A DNA stretch of 64,000 bases from Trichoplax sp. H2 (taxonomy: Eukaryota), in NCBI GenBank assembly GCA_003344405.1, contig NOWV01000134.1:62001-126000 (forward strand). The letters run 5' to 3'. A program made the translations under genes and the position numbers. The notes beneath the pieces are model-generated. The model searched no databases. It was not told the origin of the DNA and saw nothing but the letters and a program-made list of their open reading frames with translations. Shown piece after piece: positions 62,080-64,000 of this stretch; position 1 is the first letter of the stretch, and each line of letters opens with the position of its first letter.

Positions 62080-63415
62080 CCCCCGAACTCGACTCCTAAC
62101 CTTAAGCACTTTACAAGTCTACCTCGTAAATTGACCATTCGGTCTACATATACATAATTGAGATAATATAATAGTGCTGTATATAGAGAGAGACACTGTA
62201 TACAATATATACCCGAACTCGATCCATAATCTTAAACACTTCACAAGTCTGCCTCATAAATTGACCATTTAGTCTACATATACATAATTGAGATAATACA
62301 ATCGTACTGTACTGTATATGGAGAGGGAGACTGTATACTATATATACCTGAACTCGACCCTAATCTTAAACACTTTACAAGTTTATCCCATAAATTGACC
62401 ATTCAGTATACATATGCATAATTGAGATAATATAATACTGTAGTACTGCAAAGAGAGAGAGAGACTATACAGTACACAATATATTCCTGAACTTGACGCT
62501 AATCTTAAACACTTTACAAGTCTATCTCGTGAATTGACCATTCAGTCTACGTATATGTAATTGAGATCATACAATGGTACTGCATGGAGAGAGAGAGACT
62601 ATATACAATATATACCCGAACTCAATCCCTAATCTTAAATACTTTTCAAGTCTATCTCGTAAATTGACCATTTAGTCTACATACACATAATTGAGATAAT
62701 ATAATAGTACTGTAGAGAGAGAGAGAGAGAGACTGTATATAATCTATACCCGTAAATTGGCCATTTAGTCTACATATACATAATTAAGATAATATAGCAG
62801 TACTGTATAGAGAGAGAGAGAGGGAGAGAGAGACTGTATATAAGATATACCCATAAATTGACCATTTAGCCTACATATACATAATTGAGATAATATAACA
62901 GTACTGTACTGTATAGTGAGAGAGAGAGACTGTATATAATATATACCCGTAAATTGATCATTTAGTCTACATATACATAATTGAGATAATATAACAGTAC
63001 TGTACTGTACTGTATAGAGAGAGAGAGAGACTGTATATAATCTATATCCGTAAATTGGCCATTTAGTCTACATAATACTGTACATAATTGAGATAATATA
63101 ACAGTACTGTATAGAGAGAGGGAGAGACTGCATATAATATATACCCGTAAATTGACCATTTAGTCTACATATATATAATTGAGATAATATAACAGTACTG
63201 TATAGAGAGAGAGAGAGACTGTATATAATATATACCCGTAAATTGATCATTTAGTCTACATATATATATATAATTGAGATAATATAACAGTACTGTATTG
63301 TATAGAGAGAGAGAGAGACTGTATATAATATATACCCGTAAATTAACCATTTAGTCTACATATACATAATTGAGATAATATAATAGTACTGTATAGAGAG
63401 GGAAAGACTGTATAG
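62080..63415. repeat. Satellite/minisatellite with embedded (GA)n; ~130-bp units followed by ~85-95-bp units
   Basis: Core taaattgaccatttagtctacatatacataattgagataatataacagtactgta(ga)nctgtatataatatataccc repeated throughout. Confidence 0.95.
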
Positions 63416-63778
63416 ACGACATTATACACAGTAAGCGAACTGTTTGCGATGAGTATCGGTTCTATTGGCAAATGTACACTATGTACACATACAGTACAAC
63501 ACAAACTAGATCATCTGGAAAGGCGTAGCCCATACTGTACTGAGTGTAAAGTATGCTCACTCCATCTTAATCTTTAGCTAGGCCACGACAACGGCGTTGT
63601 TACGGCAATCTTTCCTAGCGCTAAGACGTTGTTATTGCTGTTAGGTAGACTTCAACTCAGCAAGTATCTTCATCGACAACGAGTGTATATCGATATTGGG
63701 CCATAATTAAGCAGCCTAGACTGAGATATCCCTGCAGTGACTACAAGAAGAGCAAATTAACTACGTTTTATTGGCAAG

Positions 63779-64000
63779 ATGAAGACTTGGGAATGGGCTA
63801 CTAGTTTAGTTGGGAGTGAAACGATAGCTACTTTATCTTCTGTCTCGCCGTGGCAATGGGCTGCTGGCTTAATTGGCGGTACAACAGCCGCCGTCATAGC
63901 TTATATATCGCTCAAGCCTGAAAAGGTAGTGATTATTAAGGCCAAGGAGAATCCTTGGTGGTCGGCAACACCACCAGAACTAGCCAATTTCGATACAAGT
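63779..64000 (+). CDS. Second epoxide hydrolase paralog, 5' end (truncated by window edge)
   Basis: MKTWEWATSLVG...AGLIGGTTAAVIAYISLKPEKVVIIKAKENPWWSATPPELANFDTS matches the N-terminus of the 58573 gene (AYVMLKPEKEVIVKAKKNPWWSATPPQLANNDTS). Confidence 0.9.
   Translation, partial: MKTWEWATSLVGSETIATLSSVSPWQWAAGLIGGTTAAVIAYISLKPEKVVIIKAKENPWWSATPPELANFDTS

Noticed and set aside
46394..63415. Tandem arrays as CRISPR arrays or coding repeats
   Set aside because: Eukaryotic context, no unique spacers and no cas genes. Units are long and degenerate, and ORFs over them (47217-47492, 56739-56945, 62962-63350) are repeat artefacts; 224 is not a multiple of 3.

Overview
AT-rich eukaryotic (animal) genomic DNA with short introns and three 20-N assembly gaps. 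Gene content and compactness suggest an early-branching metazoan such as a placozoan, but this is inference only. The left two thirds hold a tandem array of eight same-strand, intronless clan-3-like cytochrome P450 genes; the first is cut by the window edge and the last has its ATG out of frame. The array is interrupted by a truncated LTR retrotransposon whose RNase H is followed directly by a PPT and LTR (Gmr1-like layout). It is also interrupted by a convergent pair of highly divergent, intron-rich importin-alpha-like genes, one apparently open and one carrying at least five in-frame stops. The right third has a ~240-bp tandem repeat, a multi-exon Aa_trans (SLC36/AVT3-like) amino-acid transporter, and TRAPPC2/sedlin with a U12-type intron that appears to use AT-AG ends. 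It continues with a gap-flanked duplicated block containing a 224-bp VNTR, and two tandem microsomal epoxide hydrolase genes separated by a satellite. Exon structures were read by eye and no database searches were run.
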